Shown here in pieces: positions 60,389-64,000 of a DNA stretch of 64,000 nucleotides. Each line of letters starts with the position of its first letter. Positions within the stretch are counted from its first letter, which is position 1. The DNA comes from Callorhinchus milii (Eukaryota). The DNA lies in assembly GCF_018977255.1 (NCBI RefSeq), contig NW_024704742.1, forward strand, positions 12,154,001 through 12,218,000. The letters are read 5' to 3'. A program made the translations under genes and the position numbers. The notes under the pieces are model-generated. The model searched no databases. It was given only the letters and a program-made list of their open reading frames with translations, and had not been told where the DNA came from.

Positions 60389-62590
60389 TGTTATAAAATA
60401 GAGTTACTGCACTTTACAGTATATCCTGTGAAGCGTTTTGAGACAACAAAAACAACTTGCATTTATATAGTGCCCTTCACTCATCCCAGAGATGTCTCTA
60501 TGATGTGTGCTCTATCAAATAGGATTATTATTATTATTGTTATTATATCTTACTGGACAGGGCATTCCACATCCCAACAAATTTTTGGGTGTTCAAATTC
60601 CTCTTGAACTTCTCCTTTCACTGCTCTTGTGGCTATCTTGTAACTATGCCCCCTAGTCACTGACTTCTCTTATCAATGGGGATAACCTCTCCCTATCAAA
60701 ACTACTCATAATTTTGTACACTATCATGTTCCTCCCCCAAAAAACCCTTCTCAAATGAAAACAGAACCAGCTTCTCCAATCTCTCCTCATAACTGTAGCC
60801 TGAGGTGGTGTTTGGTGGCGTTCAACTCTGAGAAAAAAATGGAAGTTGTATTGCCCAAGAACTGTCACAAGCTTCTTCTAAGTCAAAGATCCAATGGCCT
60901 TTAAACTTAGAGAGTGCTTCATAAATTGTAGGGGCATTAGGACTAAAAATAGTGGAAAAGTTGTATTATTGTCATAAATTTTAAATGAGCTTATACAGCT
61001 CAAACCATGCAGATTTTCATCAGTGAAATTTTTTTTTTTTTTGATTATTTTATTTTGAAATGTTACTACATTTTCAATTGAGCTTTGAGTACAGGCATTG
61101 TGTCAATTGTAGAAAAAATATTATAGATACACACTGATAATTAAGATTGATTATGTTGTTCATGTGAAGTTTGATGAAGCTATCCTGTGACATTGAGTAA
61201 TTATCACTAACAACATTTTGAGCTGTTATTCTCATGTAGGAGATGCAGTATTGGAAGTTGTTTAATATTATCAATATTCCGTGAAAAAAGGGCATCTAAT
61301 TCACCAACGGGGAGCACTATATGTTTTGTATTGTCTGTTTACCCAGAAGGTAACCTGCGACTAGAACAGGCTGCCAGGAAGAATGGTTGAGGACATTAGA
61401 TTCATTTAAAATCCGCTTGATGCTGTGATGCTTATTCTGGAGGAGTGAGATCAAATGGACTGAAGAGCCTTCTTCAACCAAAATAATCATGTTAATCTAT
61501 TATTTTGTTTATAATGTTCTAATTTTGTGGTTTTAAAGTTTAGTTTATACATACGTTTTACAAAACCTATGAGATATTTTATTCTGGACTTGGCATTCTG
61601 GAATGCTTGGAAATAATAATAGTAGTAATAATTATAATCGTTGCCTTTGATATAGTCATGCATCTGAAAGCACTTCGCAGGATTTTAATGTGAATTGTAC
61701 GACAGCCAATATTATTGCACACAATAATATCCCACAAACAATTAATTTTTGGGGCACTTCAGCCGAGTGTCTGACACACCCGGGAATCCATCACCATACT
61801 CAAGAGTATCCCAACCAAGCTGATATTCACAAACAAACATAAAGTGACCAACCCAGTCTCATCATAGTGGGAAAATTGTCATGGTAGTGGCACTTGTTCT
61901 CATTCTTGTTAGTAATAAGCGATAATAATCCTTATATTTAAATTAGAGCCTTTCACATCAGGAGGACATCTTAAAGCACTTCACAGGTTATACAGTAAAG
62001 TATATTTGTCTACAAATATACAGTCAATAATCCTATTCTAATCCCTGATGGGGTCTGAGACATCTTGGTGACTTTCTAAGGTGCTATAACAAATGCAAGT
62101 ATTAACCTTTATTTTGCAGGTGGCAGCCAATTTGCACACAGCAGCAGTGGTTGCATTTTAAGATGCCCATTGGTTTGCAGGAGATTAGTTCTGGTTGGAC
62201 TGTTATCCTGTGCACATCAAATAAAAAATAAAAAATATCCTGACCCGAGTGATCAAAATATGAGTCAGTGACTCGTGTTAGATAAGTAACTTGTGAACTA
62301 CGGAGCAAAAGTCATTACACAAGCTTCCTATAACACCAACTCACTTTTTGTGAAGGCCATGTTCATTACACAATACTGACTATTCCTTATCCAAGTCTGA
62401 TCAACTTTATTTGTGTGAAACAGAGTTCTATTTATTACCATACATGTATTTTGTTTCAAAACAAGTAAATTTGATTTCGCGCTACATTTCCTTCCTTTAA
62501 TAAAATGGTTCCAAAGGTGCTAGTTGACCTCCTCTGGTATTTTGTTGCTGCACCATTTGCCTTCTGTATTATTTTCTTTTATGCACCCAG

Positions 62591-62680
62591 GAGGACACCA
62601 CAGTCACATTCTGTTTCATTCAAACACTGCACCTGAAAACAGGCCAGGAGATATTCACATTTGTTATCACCACAAGAAAA
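62591..62680 (+). CDS. Candidate exon 3 (EDTTVTFCFIQTLHLKTGQEIFTFVITTRK), or a non-coding exon ending at ATG|GTGAAT (62685)
   Basis: Acceptor TATTTTCTTTTATGCACCCAG; 90-nt open phase-0 frame; no homolog recognised. Confidence 0.22.
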
Positions 62681-62964
62681 GTATGGTGAATTTCCCTCAG
62701 GAAACCTATACAGGAAAATTGCTGACCAATGTAGTGGTAGTATATAATTGTTACACAATCTTTGCTGCAGTGCTGTTTCTCTTCTCATCTCCCTTTATGT
62801 AACTTCTGCTGTTCTGTACAGCACTTCTTTGCCTCACTTTTGTATTTCTGCAATATTTAAATACCTTTCCATACCTTTCGGCTGCTTGTTCATTTGATCA
62901 AAATATTGTGGGTTAGCAAAGGACTCGCACCTGGTCAGAAATCTCTGGAATTAATCTAGCCTGA

Positions 62965-63230
62965 CACGCATAACAATATAAGAAATACTAGACAAAAGAA
63001 AGACCAAGGTCCATCCAGTTTGCCTTTCACCTTCCTGGCGGTTGCGTGCACATACATCCCAAACTACCTTTATACTGTATCCCATAATGTTATTTCCTAA
63101 AAGAAAACTATCTAATATGTGTTTGAAGGAATCAACACTTCCTGCTTTATCCATCTCCCTAGGGAACCTGCTACAGGATCACTATTCACTCACTGAAATA
63201 GTGTTTCTGTAGATTCGTTCTGAATTTCAA
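62965..63230 (-). mobile_element. CR1-like 3' end
   Basis: MDKAGSVDSFKHILDSFL; AAAGACCAAGGTCCATCCAGTTTGCC 3' UTR motif. Confidence 0.7.
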
Positions 63231-63234
63231 TCAT

Positions 63235-63982
63235 AGGTAGGGGTAGGGGGTTAGGAGGTCGAAGAGGTAGGGGGAGTGAGGCCATGGAGGGCTTTGAAGG
63301 TGAGGATCAGGATTTTGAACTGTATCCTCTGTGCGATGGGAAGCCAGTAGAGTCGGGCGAGGATGGGAGTGATAGGGTCATAGAGCCTGGTGCGGGAGAG
63401 GACATAGGCTGCAGAGTTCTGGATGATTTGCAGCCTATGGAGGGAGGAGTTGGGGAGGCCAACAAACAAGGAATTTGCATAGTCAAGCCTGGATGTTATG
63501 AATGCGTGTATGAGGGTTTTGACAGCCTGTGGTGTGAGACAGTACTGGAGCCGGGCGATGTTGCGGAGGTGGGGGAAGGAGGAGCGGGTCATGGCACAGA
63601 TGTGGGGTAGAAAGGATAGTTAATAGTCAAAGAAGATGTTAAGGTTCCGGACTGGCTCAGTGAGGTGGAGTGTGCAACCATGGATGGTGATGCTGTCAGT
63701 GCCTGAGGTGAGGAGGCGCTGACGGGAGCCAATCAGGAGAGCCTCGGTCTTCTTGATGTTCAACTGAAGAAAGTTAGCTCTCATCCAGGACTTGATGTCT
63801 GACAGACATTCTGTCAGGACAGCAGTGGTCCTGGAGTCAAGGGTGGAGGCAGAGAAATAGAGTTGGGTGTCATCCATATACATGTGGAAGTTGAACCCAT
63901 GTCTGCGGATGATGTCACTGAGAGAGAGTATACAGATATTGAAGAGGAGGGGACAAGGACAGAGACCTGAGGAACACCGCAT
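63235..63982 (-). mobile_element. Older L2 RT fragment
   Basis: YMDDTQLY...[22 protein letters not shown] in one frame; HAFITSRLDYAN. Confidence 0.92.
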
Positions 63983-64000
63983 GAGCAGAGAACTAGTTGA

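Overview
Eukaryotic, AT-rich, repeat-dense vertebrate DNA, most likely cartilaginous fish and probably a holocephalan (chimaera or elephant shark); this is inferred from the repeat repertoire, not from a database hit. There are no operons, CRISPR arrays, rRNA genes or recognisable host protein-coding genes, and nearly every long ORF in the track is a LINE ORF2 fragment or SINE read-through. The window holds a nested CR1 cluster (2.1-7.9 kb: a CR1 with ORF1-esterase, endonuclease and RT remnants, an inverted second CR1 inside it, and a 512-bp solo LTR inside that), many L2 LINE fragments, roughly 30 copies of a tRNA-Ala-headed SINE with an L2-type tail, older Deu-domain SINEs and an interrupted non-autonomous Helitron. 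At 58.5-59.2 kb a candidate bidirectional promoter is built around a C-rich/G-rich minisatellite with divergent ATG-plus-splice-donor micro-exons. Most notable: (1) the youngest L2 copies share two frameshifts in ORF2, implying a non-autonomous master mobilised in trans; (2) the SINE subfamilies show stepwise remodelling of the 3' stem-loop towards the L2 loop, with compensatory stem changes; (3) a CR1 inserted in inverse orientation is 5'-truncated almost exactly at the position homologous to its own target site. Gene models are splice-signal inferences only and low confidence. Coordinates of degraded repeats are approximate.
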